The notes: generated by a model not told the origin, from the sequence alone. A DNA stretch of 64,000 nucleotides from Rhabdaerophilum sp. (GCA_051654985.1 JBOFZC010000030.1:19920-83919), one strand, 5' to 3'; numbered from the stretch's first letter, positions 29,320 through 40,433 are shown. Numbers and translations: made by a program.

Positions 29320-29832
29320 ATGCAAGAAAAGTATTCCGGGACGCAGCAAGCCCTGCATTGGGCTACCGTAGTGCTCCTGCTCATACAGCTATGGACTTAC
29401 CCCGCCATTGCACGGACGCATCACGCACCTCATCTTGGGCTACCAATTGATCCGTTCGATCTTGTTTTGCATCAAATTCATGCGGTTTCAGGTGGTCTCA
29501 TTCTGCTTTTTGTCGGATTGCGCCTTTGGCTGCGTTTTCGCTACCCGGTGGCACCTCCAACATTTCCAAAGCCATACCTGGCCACGCTTTCGAAACTGAC
29601 GCATGCCGGCATCTATCTGATCTTGATCCTGCTTCCGGTGACCGGATTTCTGAAGATGTACATCATCTCCGGTGCCGGTCCTGTCCATGTCCTGCTGACC
29701 CGTGCGCTCTATGCCTTGCTCATGCTTCACATAGTCGGCTCCCTCATCCATGTCGTCATTTGGCGCGATGGCCTGCTGGGACGGATGGGCGTCGAGCTTC
29801 CCTTTCAGCGCCCAATTCAGAAACAAAACTGA
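29320..29832 (+). CDS. Cytochrome b561-type membrane protein
   Basis: QALHW, HQIHAVSGGLIL, LTHAGIY, HVLL...LHIVGSLIH: four heme-ligand His. Confidence 0.88.
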   Translation: MQEKYSGTQQALHWATVVLLLIQLWTYPAIARTHHAPHLGLPIDPFDLVLHQIHAVSGGLILLFVGLRLWLRFRYPVAPPTFPKPYLATLSKLTHAGIYLILILLPVTGFLKMYIISGAGPVHVLLTRALYALLMLHIVGSLIHVVIWRDGLLGRMGVELPFQRPIQKQN

Positions 29833-29932
29833 AATATTCTGCAATAATTCCCGTGCGATAGATCAAGTACATTACCGAGCTGCGGGCCTAAGCTCAGGCT
29901 CTCGCTTGAAAAGCCGGACTGAGGAGATCTCA

Positions 29933-31435
29933 ATGCCAATAACTCGTCGATCTTTTGTCGCAGCGACTGGCGCTGCCGCTTTCGTCGCACCATTTTCCAA
30001 CGGTCCTTCCTTGGCTGAAACCCCGCTTCTGACTGTTGCCAGCCGCACCCTGGAGGTGAATGGCAAACCAGCCAAGGTCTTTGGCATCGAAGGGCGCAAC
30101 GGCCATAGCGGTCTCCTCATGAACGAAGGCCAACGGTTTTCCGGCATCGTTCGGAATGCCACTAGCGATCCCTTGATCATGCATTGGCATGGCCAGGTGC
30201 ATGCCGCGGCTGATCAGGATCGCGCGCGGCCGAATGGCGGTACACTCGCACCGGGAGCCCAAGACATCCATGATTTCCTGCTCACACCTGGAACGCATTG
30301 GATGCATTCGCATCAACTGACTGAACAGCAATTGCTCGCTGCGCCGATGATCGCAAGGGAACGCGACGCCGGCGACGTGCAGGACGTCGTTGTCATGCTG
30401 CATGACTTTGCCTTTCGTTCCCCGGCCGAAATTCTCGCCGAGCTTGGAGGCGCCAATGCACACGAGGCAGGTACTCACGGCTCCACAGGATCGCCTCCAG
30501 GTGGTCCAGCCTCCCCGCCAATGCCGGGACAATCCGGGATGAACCATGGCTCCACGCCCATGGGTGGCATGATGCAGGGCAACATGAACCATCGTGGCGG
30601 CGGAATGATACCCGGGATGGCCGGCATGCGCGTGCACGCTAACGATGTCCGCTATGATGCCTATCTCGCCAATGATCGGACCCTTGATGATCCGGAGGTT
30701 GTCCGCGTCGAGAAGGGCGGCACGGCGCGCCTTCGGATTGTGAATGGCGGAACGGCGACAGCCTTTTTCATCGACACGGGCGCTCTCGAAGCCGAGTGCA
30801 TCGCGGTTGACGGGTCGCGCTGCCAGCCGCTGAAGAGCCGGCGGTTTCCGCTGGCTCAGGGCCAAAGGATTGATCTTCTCGTTAGGATCCCAAGGGAAGG
30901 TGGGGCCTTCCCCATTTTTGCGCAGGTCGAGGCAGACCGTCGACGCACGGGGATCATCCTTGCAACGTCTGGCGCGGCGATCACCAAACTTGGCGAAACG
31001 GCTCTCGATGATGCGCCTTACACGTCCCTCGCCTTGGACGAGCGCCTGCGAGCCATGACACCGCTGCCGGAGCGGAAGGCCGATCGCACCTATCATCTGA
31101 TGTTAGGCGAGGAAGCAGGGTATCGCTGGACGATCAACGGCAAAGTCCACGGCGAGCATCAAGCACTCGAAGCCAGGGTTGGCGAGCGGATCGAGATCAT
31201 GTTCATGAATCCGACAATGATGATGCATCCGATGCATCTGCATGGGCATCATTTCCAGGTCGTCGGCTCCCGCGCCGGGCGCTTTTCCGGGCCGGTTCGC
31301 GATACAATCATCGTGCCGCCACATACGCCGGTGATGGTGGCTTTCGATGCCGATAAGCCCGGCGGCTGGTACATCCATTGCCATCACCTCTATCACATGG
31401 CGACCGGCATGATGACCGAGCTGTCCGTTTCCTGA
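29933..31435 (+). CDS. Multicopper oxidase (Tat-exported)
   Basis: RRSF Tat motif, HWHG, WMHSH, HPMHLHGH, HCHHLYHMATGM, Met/His-rich insert. Confidence 0.93.
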   Translation: MPITRRSFVAATGAAAFVAPFSNGPSLAETPLLTVASRTLEVNGKPAKVFGIEGRNGHSGLLMNEGQRFSGIVRNATSDPLIMHWHGQVHAAADQDRARPNGGTLAPGAQDIHDFLLTPGTHWMHSHQLTEQQLLAAPMIARERDAGDVQDVVVMLHDFAFRSPAEILAELGGANAHEAGTHGSTGSPPGGPASPPMPGQSGMNHGSTPMGGMMQGNMNHRGGGMIPGMAGMRVHANDVRYDAYLANDRTLDDPEVVRVEKGGTARLRIVNGGTATAFFIDTGALEAECIAVDGSRCQPLKSRRFPLAQGQRIDLLVRIPREGGAFPIFAQVEADRRRTGIILATSGAAITKLGETALDDAPYTSLALDERLRAMTPLPERKADRTYHLMLGEEAGYRWTINGKVHGEHQALEARVGERIEIMFMNPTMMMHPMHLHGHHFQVVGSRAGRFSGPVRDTIIVPPHTPVMVAFDADKPGGWYIHCHHLYHMATGMMTELSVS

Positions 31436-31459
31436 CTTCATCCATGAAGGAGAACGATC

Positions 31460-31706
31460 ATGCAGCTTTCACTACGGGAATGACGGATATGGCTGGATGA
31501 TGGGTTCCGGTTGGGGTTTGGGCCATTGGCTGATGTTCGCGCTGATGGCTGCGGCGATCCTTTATCCCGTTGGCCTGATCCTGAAGCGGCTCGGTTTTTC
31601 GCCTTTCTGGTCGGTGCTTGCGCTTGTACCGGGCGTCAACCTGATCGCGCTCTGGATTCTGGCGCTGACGAATTCGACAAATGGCAAAATGGAGACGCGC
31701 TCATGA
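31460..31706 (+). CDS. Small membrane protein, probably with a 5' frameshift
   Basis: 31497-31706 reads MMGSGWGLGHWLMF...FSPFWSVLALVPGVNLIALW. The RBS AGGAGA precedes ATG at 31460, which is out of frame by 1. Confidence 0.6.
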
Positions 31707-32170
31707 TCACCCGGCGCCTGACATTAAGCCTTCTGGCCGCCACCATCGCCACCCCGCTGGCCGCGACAGCGCGCCCGTCTGTTGTCGTCCATCGCAGCCC
31801 GACTTGTGGCTGCTGCGGTGCATGGGCGAACTATCTGCGACGGGCTGGCTTTGCAGTGACGATTGTCAACGAGGATAATCTCGCTCCGATGAAGCTCCGG
31901 GCCGGCGTGCCTACTAGCCTGCAATCCTGCCACACCGCCTTTATCCAGGGCTATGTCGTGGAGGGACATGTGCCCATCGAGGCGATCGAGAAAATGCTGG
32001 CTTTGAGTCCACCCATTCTCGGGATCGCCGTCCCGGATATGCCCGGAGGTTCGCCCGGCATGGAGGTTCTCGGGATGAAACCGGATCCGTTCAAAGTCAT
32101 ATCCTTCGCCAAGGGCGGAGAACAAAGCGTGTTTCTCGACTACCCAAATGGATTCTCGTTACCTCGTTAA
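31703..32170 (+). CDS. DUF411 (CopG-like) metal-binding protein
   Basis: SPTCGCC, SCHTA...YVVEGHVP, GIAVPDMPGGSPGM. ATGA overlap with the previous gene. Confidence 0.92.
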   Translation: MITRRLTLSLLAATIATPLAATARPSVVVHRSPTCGCCGAWANYLRRAGFAVTIVNEDNLAPMKLRAGVPTSLQSCHTAFIQGYVVEGHVPIEAIEKMLALSPPILGIAVPDMPGGSPGMEVLGMKPDPFKVISFAKGGEQSVFLDYPNGFSLPR

Positions 32171-32577
32171 TTTGGGATAATGTTCGCCGTCTTTCTGCCG
32201 AGCCCGTCAAGAATCGGGCAATCGGGCCGGGAATCGCCATTGCAGGCATGGAGCAACTCTCGGAGTGTCGCTGCCATCGCCTGCAATTCCACGATCTTGC
32301 CCTCGATATCGGAAAGATGCCTCGCGGCCAATTGGTGAACGTCGCGACTGCTTCGACCTTTGTTGCGCCATAGATCCAGGAGCGTTCTGATTTCATCCAG
32401 CGAGAACCCGAGATCGCGCGCGCTGCGAATGAAGCGCAACTCGTGGACATCGCGGGAATCATAGTCGCGATATCCGTTTGTCTGTCGGGCGCCGGACTGG
32501 ATGAGCCCGATAGCTTCGTAATGCCGGATCATTTTCGCCGAGACGCCACTGGCTTTGGCGGCGGTTCCGATCTGCAT
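32167..32577 (-). CDS. cueR: Cu(I)-responsive regulator
   Basis: [21 protein letters not shown]...[13 protein letters not shown]. Alternative start at 32592. Confidence 0.93.
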   Translation of the reverse strand: MQIGTAAKASGVSAKMIRHYEAIGLIQSGARQTNGYRDYDSRDVHELRFIRSARDLGFSLDEIRTLLDLWRNKGRSSRDVHQLAARHLSDIEGKIVELQAMAATLRELLHACNGDSRPDCPILDGLGRKTANIIPN

Positions 32578-32600
32578 CTGGATGGCTCCCATTTTTGTCC

Positions 32601-32631
32601 TTGACCTTCCCATTATGGGAAGGTGCTGACT
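32601..32631 (+). promoter_or_regulatory. CueR box / copA promoter
   Basis: TTGACC -35 overlapping ACCTTCC-N7-GGAAGGT (32604-32624). Confidence 0.9.
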
Positions 32632-32675
32632 GGTTTCAAGAACGCCTTTTCCGCATTCGATTACAGGAGGATCAC

Positions 32676-35093
32676 ATGATCAAAGCGACGCTGGACACCA
32701 GTTCAAACCACGCAAAGCCGGCAGGAGGATGTTGCGCCGGTCATGGCGAACAGGCGCATCACCACCATGGGCCAGGGCATCACGGGCACGATGCAGCCGG
32801 TCGGCCAGGTCTGGTCAAGGACCCGGTTTGCGGGATGGATGTCGATCCTGCGACTGCGAAACATCAATTCAGCCATGAAGAAGTGGATTACTATTTCTGC
32901 TCGGCGGGGTGCCGGACGAAGTTCGAGACCAATCCGCAGAAATATCTTGAACCCGCTGCCAAGCATGTCGTCGAGCCGATGCCGGAAGGTACGATCTATA
33001 CCTGCCCGATGCACCCGGAAGTGCGGCAGGAAGGCCCGGGCTCCTGCCCGATCTGCGGCATGGCGCTCGAACCGGAGATGATCAGCCTGGACGACACCCC
33101 CAATCCTGAACTGGCGGATATGACTCGCCGGTTCTGGTTCGGACTGGCCCTGACGATCCCTGTATTCTTCCTCGAAATGAGCGCGCATCTCTTCAATTTT
33201 CATGCGCTGATGGCGGGGCAAACCTCGAACTTCGTCCAACTCGCGCTTGCAACCCCCGTTGTGCTTTGGGCGGGCTGGCCTTTCTTCGAACGCGGCTGGG
33301 CTTCACTCGTCTCCCGCAACTTGAACATGTTCACGCTGATCGCGATCGGAACCGGCGCTGCTTGGGTCTACAGTATCGTTGCGACCCTCTCCCCCAGCCT
33401 GTTCCCATCGGCTTTCCAGGCGAGGGATGGCTCGGTTGCGGTCTATTTCGAAGCGGCCGCCCTGATCACCGTCCTGGTTCTGCTTGGGCAGGTGCTGGAA
33501 TTGCGGGCGCGCGAACAGACTTCCGGTGCGATCAAGGCCCTGCTGGGTCTGGCACCGAAAACCGCCCGGAAAATCGATGCGAAGGGCATGGAAACCGACA
33601 TCCCACTCGAACATGTCCATCTCGGCGATCGGCTGCGCGTCCGCCCCGGTGAGAAAATCCCGGTCGACGGTGCTGTGGTCGAAGGGCGATCGAACGTTGA
33701 TGAAGCCATGGTAACCGGCGAGCCAGTGCCAGTTGCAAAAGCTGTTGGCGCGCGCGTGATCGGCGGCACGATCAACACCACTGGTTCTCTCGTCATCGAG
33801 GCAACCGCTGTCGGGCGCGATACGATGCTGGCGCGGATCGTCCAGCTTGTTGCGCAGGCGCAGCGTTCGCGTGCACCAATCCAGCGCCTTGCGGATACGG
33901 TATCCGGCTGGTTCGTTCCTGCCGTCATGCTGATCTCGGTTCTGGCCTTCGCAGGCTGGTATGTCTTCGGCCCGGCACCGCAATTCTCCTACGCGCTGAT
34001 CGCTGCGGTTGCGGTGCTGATCATCGCCTGCCCTTGTGCGCTCGGGCTCGCGACGCCCATGTCGATCATGGTCGGTGTCGGCGCCGGCGCCCGCGCTGGT
34101 GTGCTCGTGAAAAATGCCGAAGCGCTCGAGCGGATGGAGAAGGTCGATATGCTTGTGATCGACAAAACCGGCACGCTGACCGAAGGGCGGCCGAGTGTCA
34201 CCGGGATTGTGACGACGGGCTCAATCGATGAGACCGAGTTGCTCCAACTCGCTGCCTCGGTGGAGAAACTTAGCGAACACCCGCTGGCGCATGCCATCGT
34301 TTCGGAAGCCGGGAAGCGTGGCATCGCCCTCCTGCCTGCGCTCGAATTCGATTCGCCCATTGGCAAAGGTGCCCGTGCGAAGATCAACGGCCGCGATATC
34401 ATCATCGGCCAGGAGCGCTATCTCGCCGAGATCGGCGTGGCTGTGAATTCTGGTGCGGCAGTGAACATGCGCTATGAAGGCGCAACAGCGGTCTTCTTGG
34501 CGGTTGACGAACAGCTCGCCGGGATTCTCCGCATTGAAGATCCAATCAAGGGCTCAACTCCGGCAGCACTCGCTGCTCTGCGCGCGGCGGGCATCGAGAT
34601 CATGATGTTGACCGGTGATGCAAAAGGCACAGCCAAAGCCATTTCGGAACGGCTTGGAATTGCCCGTTTCGAGGCTGAAGTCACCCCGGAGCGCAAGCAG
34701 GAAGTCGTTGCTCAATTGCGTACCGAGGGGCGGATTGTGGCAATGGCCGGTGATGGGGTGAACGATGCACCGGCGCTTGCTGCCGCCGATGTAGGCATCG
34801 CCATGGGCAATGGTACCGATGTCGCGCTCGAAAGCGCTTCGGTGGCATTGCTCAAGGGTGATCTCAACGGCATCGTCAAGGCGCGCCAGCTCTCCGCCGC
34901 GACGATGGCGAATATCCGGCAGAACCTGTTTTTCGCATTTTTTTACAACGCAGCTGGGGTTCCGATCGCGGCCGGCATTCTTTACCCGAGCTTCGGCATC
35001 CTTGTCTCGCCGATCATTGCAGCGGCAGCGATGGCGCTATCCTCCGTGAGCGTCATCATGAACGCCTTGCGGCTGCGAACCCTGAAGCTGTGA
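32676..35093 (+). CDS. copA: Cu(I) P1B-type ATPase with YHS and CPMHP domains
   Basis: DPVCGM...[48 protein letters not shown]. Confidence 0.95.
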   Translation: MIKATLDTSSNHAKPAGGCCAGHGEQAHHHHGPGHHGHDAAGRPGLVKDPVCGMDVDPATAKHQFSHEEVDYYFCSAGCRTKFETNPQKYLEPAAKHVVEPMPEGTIYTCPMHPEVRQEGPGSCPICGMALEPEMISLDDTPNPELADMTRRFWFGLALTIPVFFLEMSAHLFNFHALMAGQTSNFVQLALATPVVLWAGWPFFERGWASLVSRNLNMFTLIAIGTGAAWVYSIVATLSPSLFPSAFQARDGSVAVYFEAAALITVLVLLGQVLELRAREQTSGAIKALLGLAPKTARKIDAKGMETDIPLEHVHLGDRLRVRPGEKIPVDGAVVEGRSNVDEAMVTGEPVPVAKAVGARVIGGTINTTGSLVIEATAVGRDTMLARIVQLVAQAQRSRAPIQRLADTVSGWFVPAVMLISVLAFAGWYVFGPAPQFSYALIAAVAVLIIACPCALGLATPMSIMVGVGAGARAGVLVKNAEALERMEKVDMLVIDKTGTLTEGRPSVTGIVTTGSIDETELLQLAASVEKLSEHPLAHAIVSEAGKRGIALLPALEFDSPIGKGARAKINGRDIIIGQERYLAEIGVAVNSGAAVNMRYEGATAVFLAVDEQLAGILRIEDPIKGSTPAALAALRAAGIEIMMLTGDAKGTAKAISERLGIARFEAEVTPERKQEVVAQLRTEGRIVAMAGDGVNDAPALAAADVGIAMGNGTDVALESASVALLKGDLNGIVKARQLSAATMANIRQNLFFAFFYNAAGVPIAAGILYPSFGILVSPIIAAAAMALSSVSVIMNALRLRTLKL

Positions 35094-35103
35094 AGCGAAC
35101 GCG

Positions 35104-35655
35104 TCACGGGTTCTTCGTGTAGCCCCGAAGCCGCGCATAGTCCCGGATCTGTTCGGGGCTAAGCGCGGCTTTCGTTTCGAGATGGTATCGCAAGTGGGCT
35201 TGGCGCAGCCGGCCTTGTGCCTCCGCTACCGTTTTCACTGCTGACGCCAAGGATGCGGCATCGGCACGGTTTTCGGAAAAAAGACTGTCAAGAGCTCGCT
35301 CCGCCATGATGACGTCTTCGCCGATCCCAATTGTCTCCTGCTTCATCGCATGGACCATATCCTGCATGCGGATGCGCTGATCAGGCGTCAGTCCAAGCTT
35401 GTCCGCCAGTTCCAGCACATGCATCGGACCAGGATAACCGTTGAGCTCGGCCGCCAACGCGAGGCCCATTCCACGCCCTGCCTTGAGATCAGCAATCTGG
35501 GCTTCCGATAACGCCTTGATCGAGCGGGTTTCAAACCCGGAATACGGTGAGTGCTGCGGGTTTTGATGGTGCCCCTGATGCTGTGCGAGCGTGGACGAGG
35601 TCGAGAAGGCGGAGCCTAAAAGCGCGTAGGCGGCCAAGACTAGAGCGCGGTTCAT
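35104..35655 (-). CDS. Spy/CpxP-like periplasmic protein
   Basis: Signal peptide, QHQGHH, LKAGRGMGLALAAELNGYPGP, KLGLTPDQ, LSPEQ. Confidence 0.8.
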   Translation of the reverse strand: MNRALVLAAYALLGSAFSTSSTLAQHQGHHQNPQHSPYSGFETRSIKALSEAQIADLKAGRGMGLALAAELNGYPGPMHVLELADKLGLTPDQRIRMQDMVHAMKQETIGIGEDVIMAERALDSLFSENRADAASLASAVKTVAEAQGRLRQAHLRYHLETKAALSPEQIRDYARLRGYTKNP

Positions 35656-35718
35656 CGAGGTTTCTTATTCTCACGTGAAAAAGTGACACCCATCTTGCAT
35701 GTTGTTCTGAGGGGCAAC

Positions 35719-36264
35719 ATGATCATGATCATGCTGTCGTTGAAATCGCTTATCCTTGCCGGGCACCCTCAAGAATATACTCTCGCGACACGCGAAACCC
35801 TGTTTCGCCTTGGTGAGCAGGTTACGCGGCTTTACGTGGTTCTCGAAGGCGACGTCGCGCTGGAGCGACTGTCGACGGAAGGCCAGCGCCTTATTCTGCA
35901 ACGGGCGCGGCGGTGCGATGTGCTTGCGGAGGCGTCATTATTCTCTGCTACCTATCACTGCGATGCGGTCGCACTCACGCCGGCTCGCGTTGCTGGAGCC
36001 TGTCTGAAGCGCTTGAGGGCTGCCTCCCGAGACGATCCGATGATTATGGAGACGATAGCTCGGCACCTTGCCGGGCAGGTACAGCATACCCGTGCCCGAG
36101 CGGAAATTCTCTCGTTCAAACGCGTGAGCGAAAGGCTTGATGCCTGGCTCGTTCTCAATGCTGGTAAGCTTCCAGCTAAAGGCGATTGGCATGCCCTCGC
36201 TGATGAACTCCGCGTGTCAGCCGAGGCCCTTTATCGCGAATTAGCGCGAAGAAGGACGCTCTAA
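35719..36264 (+). CDS. Crp/Fnr-family regulator
   Basis: LFRLGEQV...VVLEGDVAL...LAEASLF...HCDA, C-terminal HTH ALADELRVSAEALYREL. Exact start uncertain. Confidence 0.85.
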   Translation: MIMIMLSLKSLILAGHPQEYTLATRETLFRLGEQVTRLYVVLEGDVALERLSTEGQRLILQRARRCDVLAEASLFSATYHCDAVALTPARVAGACLKRLRAASRDDPMIMETIARHLAGQVQHTRARAEILSFKRVSERLDAWLVLNAGKLPAKGDWHALADELRVSAEALYRELARRRTL

Positions 36265-36279
36265 ATGAGCCGACGCAGG

Positions 36280-37932
36280 TTAACTGATTTTGGCCTTGCC
36301 CACATACAGCGGTCTAGATCCGATCATCAAAAGTAACGATTTCTCTCGCCGCATTTTCATCAGTGCTTCTGGCCTCATCAGGGGTACACCGATCTTCGTC
36401 ACTGAGATCCGTGCCGATTGCGTAATCCCTGTGCCCAGGATCTTCGTTCGATTATCGGTCGTGTAGTTCCCGAGCGCTTCGGAGACATATTGCGCGGTGG
36501 CGTTATCGTTGATCGCAACGAACAGCTTCGCGGCACATCCTGCAATCAGTGTCTCGCGGGTTGCTTTCCCGTAGAGCTCGTCAAGCTGGGAAAGGTTTTG
36601 CAGGATGATCGCCATTCGGAACCCGTACCCCGCCGAAACCGCGATTTTCGCGGCGAGTGACGTCATCCTTCCCAAGGCAAAGAACTCGTCGAGCATCAGG
36701 AGCACCTGATGGGGCTCGTCCTTGCCCGGCAGGTTGCGCATCAGGACGTCGTGAATTTGCTGGAACAGAATACGGATCAGGGGGCGATAGCTCTCGAGAT
36801 CCGCCAGGGGTGTGCCAATGAAGATAGTCATCCTTACGCGCCGGAGTTCCCGGATGTCAAAGTCGCTCGCTGATGTCGCTTCCGCGATCAGCTCGGATGA
36901 CCATGGCGCAAAGGCGTTGGCGACGTTGAATAATACCGATCCGCGCGTGCGCTCTGGGATTGCAATGAACTGATTGAAGTCATCGATGACCCATTGCGGG
37001 AGGAACTGCCGTTCAGTTGCCACCAGCACCTTGAGGACATCGGCGATATCGTTCCCCGTTGATATTACGTTGACGGCGGTACGGATGGTGCGCGCGTTCT
37101 CTTGGAGTGGGCTCGTAAGTACATAACCGAGAAGCGCTGCAACCAGTTTTCTTGCGGCGAGCGACCATTCATTTTCATTCTGAACGACCGTCAGGAACCC
37201 GGCGATGTTCTGGCAATCCGTTGCCATCTCCGGGCCGGGACGCACAAAGTCCAATGGGTTGTAACGATGAGTTTTGAGTGAGCCCGGGGCAAACACAAAG
37301 ATCGTATTTCCTGCCGCCTTCCTCGCCTTCGCGAAGGCATCGTGGTTTTCCATTTTGATGTCGAGCACAACCATGGAGCCGGCCCAGGCATAGCCATTGG
37401 GGATCACGAAGGAGATGCCCTTGCCCGAGCGCGTCGGGCCAACGACGAGAATGTGACCGGGATCATTCGACCGGAGGACGTGCCCGCCGAGTTTTCCGAG
37501 GATGAGGCCTTCCTTGCCGAGTAGGCGTGCATTTCGGGCATCACGGATCGTCCCGAACCGTGCATCGCCGTGAAGGGTCGAGGGGCGGTTGGCGAGAAAT
37601 AGGATAGCAATGCCGCCGGCAATAAGCACAAGAACGCCGAACGCGAGACCTGCATTCTCAAAGATCCGCTGGCGATATCGAGGGTCCTGCCCATAGGTCC
37701 AGGCATGCCAATACGCCAGCGGAAACCCGTGACGCATCGAAATCGGCGGGGTGTTGGCAAAATCCCATTTCGGGTTCTCGGTCGAGACCCTAACCAGCAG
37801 CTCCCATTTCTTGGTGGGGTCGGTATGTCCCGAGCGCAGGCCGGTGATCGCCGCATAAGGAATGACCCAGGCGAGGGCGACCGACACGACAATAAAAATC
37901 CCGATGAAGAGAGAGCCGGCCAGGCGCGCCAT
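36280..37932 (-). CDS. virD4: Type IV coupling protein
   Basis: HGDARF, GPTRSGKG, LDIKME, RYNPLD, MLDEF, ILQNLSQL. Confidence 0.93.
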   Translation of the reverse strand: MARLAGSLFIGIFIVVSVALAWVIPYAAITGLRSGHTDPTKKWELLVRVSTENPKWDFANTPPISMRHGFPLAYWHAWTYGQDPRYRQRIFENAGLAFGVLVLIAGGIAILFLANRPSTLHGDARFGTIRDARNARLLGKEGLILGKLGGHVLRSNDPGHILVVGPTRSGKGISFVIPNGYAWAGSMVVLDIKMENHDAFAKARKAAGNTIFVFAPGSLKTHRYNPLDFVRPGPEMATDCQNIAGFLTVVQNENEWSLAARKLVAALLGYVLTSPLQENARTIRTAVNVISTGNDIADVLKVLVATERQFLPQWVIDDFNQFIAIPERTRGSVLFNVANAFAPWSSELIAEATSASDFDIRELRRVRMTIFIGTPLADLESYRPLIRILFQQIHDVLMRNLPGKDEPHQVLLMLDEFFALGRMTSLAAKIAVSAGYGFRMAIILQNLSQLDELYGKATRETLIAGCAAKLFVAINDNATAQYVSEALGNYTTDNRTKILGTGITQSARISVTKIGVPLMRPEALMKMRREKSLLLMIGSRPLYVGKAKIS

Positions 37933-37938
37933 AATAGA

Positions 37939-39066
37939 TCAGGCTCTCGGGGATCGAGGTATGGCTCTCTTTGCCGATCCATTGCCCTTGGATCCCCTGT
38001 TCACGTATCCCCTGCCCCGCTCCTTGTGATTGTTCTCTTGGCGCCACTCCGCCATTTTGGAGAAATAGATCTCGGCCGTTCCGCGCCATCCGCCGATCTT
38101 CCTTTGCTGGATGACGATGGGGAGGACGGCTCGGATATAGGCAATGATCTCGTCCTTCCGTAGGCCAAGACCGGATTGCATGACCATGAGGGCCAGCTGT
38201 TCGAAGGCGCCGGTGGGGCTATCGGCATGAACTGTGGTGACGGAGCCGGGATGTCCCGTGTTGATGGCTCGGAGGAAGGAATAGGCTTCAGCGCCCCGGA
38301 TTTCTCCGAGGAAGATGCGGTCGGGTCGGAGACGGAGCGAAGCCTGAAGGAGGCTATCGACCGTGACACGCGCCTGACCCTGATCACCCTTGGATGCCAC
38401 TAGGGGGAGATAGTTGGGCTGGTGGGGCTTTAGCTCCCGTGTATCCTCGATCGAGAGGATACGCTCCTCGACGGGAACCTCCTTTAGGACGGCATTGAGG
38501 AAGGTCGTCTTGCCCGAGGAGGTGCCGCCGGAGACAAGCATCGAGATCCGGCTTTGTGCCGCAAGACGGATGAAGGCCTCGATCTCGTTCCCCTCAAGAA
38601 GTGTGCACAGTTCCCGGTCGAGATCCGTGAGGTCTGTTTCACCGCTGGCCCGGACGCGATCAAAAGACCCGATACGGCGATAGTCTTCGAGGCGCATGTC
38701 CTTGATGACCTGTTTACGGATGGCGAAGGCGCCACCCTCCGTGGTCGCCGGTGGCAGGACGCCCTGAAACCGTTCGCCCGAGGGAAGCGCCGCCGAGAGC
38801 AGTGGGTGCTCTTCATTGATCGATTGTCCGGAATGCCCGGCGATGCGCTCCGCGATATGGCGCAGAGCATGGTGCGTGAGTTCGGGCAACGCATGCCGGA
38901 CCATGGCCGGAGCCCCGATGATCTCGACCCAGATCTCCCCCGGACGATTGGCGCAGATTTCGACAACGTTGGGATCATCAAGCCAGGGCCGGAGTGGCTG
39001 CAAGGCGGTCTCGATAAAGACCGTCTCGTGCGTCGCTGCGGCCTTCGTCATCGCCCGAACGCTCAT
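37939..39066 (-). CDS. virB11: T4SS ATPase
   Basis: SGGTSSGKTT, IEDTRE, LRLRPDRIFLGEIRG, NTGHPGS. Confidence 0.95.
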   Translation of the reverse strand: MSVRAMTKAAATHETVFIETALQPLRPWLDDPNVVEICANRPGEIWVEIIGAPAMVRHALPELTHHALRHIAERIAGHSGQSINEEHPLLSAALPSGERFQGVLPPATTEGGAFAIRKQVIKDMRLEDYRRIGSFDRVRASGETDLTDLDRELCTLLEGNEIEAFIRLAAQSRISMLVSGGTSSGKTTFLNAVLKEVPVEERILSIEDTRELKPHQPNYLPLVASKGDQGQARVTVDSLLQASLRLRPDRIFLGEIRGAEAYSFLRAINTGHPGSVTTVHADSPTGAFEQLALMVMQSGLGLRKDEIIAYIRAVLPIVIQQRKIGGWRGTAEIYFSKMAEWRQENNHKERGRGYVNRGSKGNGSAKRAIPRSPRA

Positions 39067-40433
39067 TTCACAATTCGGCTGCTGGATGCGGCTGCGGGAG
39101 CGGAGATCGAAGGAGCCGGTTCTCGATTCATCTCTGCCTTGATCTCCGAAAGCGCCTCGCGGATCGGGTCCGGATAGAACAGCGAGAAATCGAGATCGCG
39201 CCGCACGAAGACCGTGATCGGTGTCCCCTGGTTCACGTGGACCGTCGGCGGAATGTTGATCGAGTTCTTCAAGGCCTCGTTGGCGAGATTGGTGAGGGTC
39301 TGGGAGACCTGCTGGGCTCCGATCTGGCGGGCATTCCCGAGCGTGCCATCGGGCTGAATGGTCGTCGTCGAGGTCTGCCCCGTAACAGGATCGGTCACGG
39401 TTATCGCGCGTCCCTGCTGGCTTTGGCTCGACTGACCGAGGCCCGCAATGAACTGGGAGACGCCGCCCACGAGGCTGAGGAGCACGGCAGAACCATAGCG
39501 CTCGAGGTAATGGTTATCGACATATCCCGAGCTGCCAGCGCGCCCGAGATTATCGGTGCCGATTGACGCCAACTGGACCGAAACGCCGTCGCTTCGAAGG
39601 AGCCGGGTCCAAACGATGAAGACGCGGGTCTGGCCTTGCGCGATGCCGGATTTGTATTCTCCGATGAGGCGCGAGCCTGCAGGGATCAGCACGCGCCGAC
39701 CATCAAACGACCAGACATTCTCACTTGTTACCGCACGGACCATGCCCGGCAAATCTGACTGGATCGCGGTTTCGAGAATGCCGCGGATGAACGTGCCCTG
39801 CGCGATCAGGGCATCGATGCGGTTGTTCTTCGTGGCGGCCGAGACCTCAACGCCCGCACTTCCTGCACTCGCGAGGAACCGGCGATTGGGATCATCTTCG
39901 CGATCAGCGGGACTGCGGGCTGAGTTCGCATTGTCACCCCCTGCCCTGACGGGCATGGAGGCATCGGCATTGTCCGCGACGACCTGAGGTGCCCGCAGGC
40001 GTTCCCATTTCCGGCGCTCCTCCTCTTCACGCCTCTGCCTTTCGAGTTCAGCCAATCGCCGCGCCTCCCCATCATCGGGTGGCGCGAAGGGAGGCGCCAG
40101 GCTGGCAACCGGGGGTGCGATCGGGGGAGGCGGCGGTGGGGGCGGGACAGGTTCCGGAGGAGGTACGGTGAAGCGTCCGGTATCGACTTGCGCCCGAGGC
40201 GCTTCGAGGTTCGGCGCCGAGAATTGCGTTGTTCGGAATTCCTCCCGGTCCGCGTTTGTCGTCGGCCCCTTTGCTCCATAAAGGCTCTGGTAAATCATGA
40301 AGGCGGCAAGCCCCACTGCGCCGAGCGGGACGCCGACCTTGAGGAAAGCTCCGAAGGTTGTGGCGCCTCGCGCGACGGACGTCGCTGCAGCGTGATCGAG
40401 TTCGAGATTGCGATAATCCCTAGGGCTCGGCAT
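39063..40433 (-). CDS. virB10: T4SS core protein
   Basis: TM anchor, Pro-rich linker, IAQGTFIRGILETAIQSDLPG, VDNHY, NIPPTVHVNQG. Confidence 0.95.
   Translation of the reverse strand: MPSPRDYRNLELDHAAATSVARGATTFGAFLKVGVPLGAVGLAAFMIYQSLYGAKGPTTNADREEFRTTQFSAPNLEAPRAQVDTGRFTVPPPEPVPPPPPPPPIAPPVASLAPPFAPPDDGEARRLAELERQRREEEERRKWERLRAPQVVADNADASMPVRAGGDNANSARSPADREDDPNRRFLASAGSAGVEVSAATKNNRIDALIAQGTFIRGILETAIQSDLPGMVRAVTSENVWSFDGRRVLIPAGSRLIGEYKSGIAQGQTRVFIVWTRLLRSDGVSVQLASIGTDNLGRAGSSGYVDNHYLERYGSAVLLSLVGGVSQFIAGLGQSSQSQQGRAITVTDPVTGQTSTTTIQPDGTLGNARQIGAQQVSQTLTNLANEALKNSINIPPTVHVNQGTPITVFVRRDLDFSLFYPDPIREALSEIKAEMNREPAPSISAPAAASSSRIVK

Noticed and set aside
29930-31096. 388-aa minus-strand ORF
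   Set aside because: Antisense to the multicopper oxidase.
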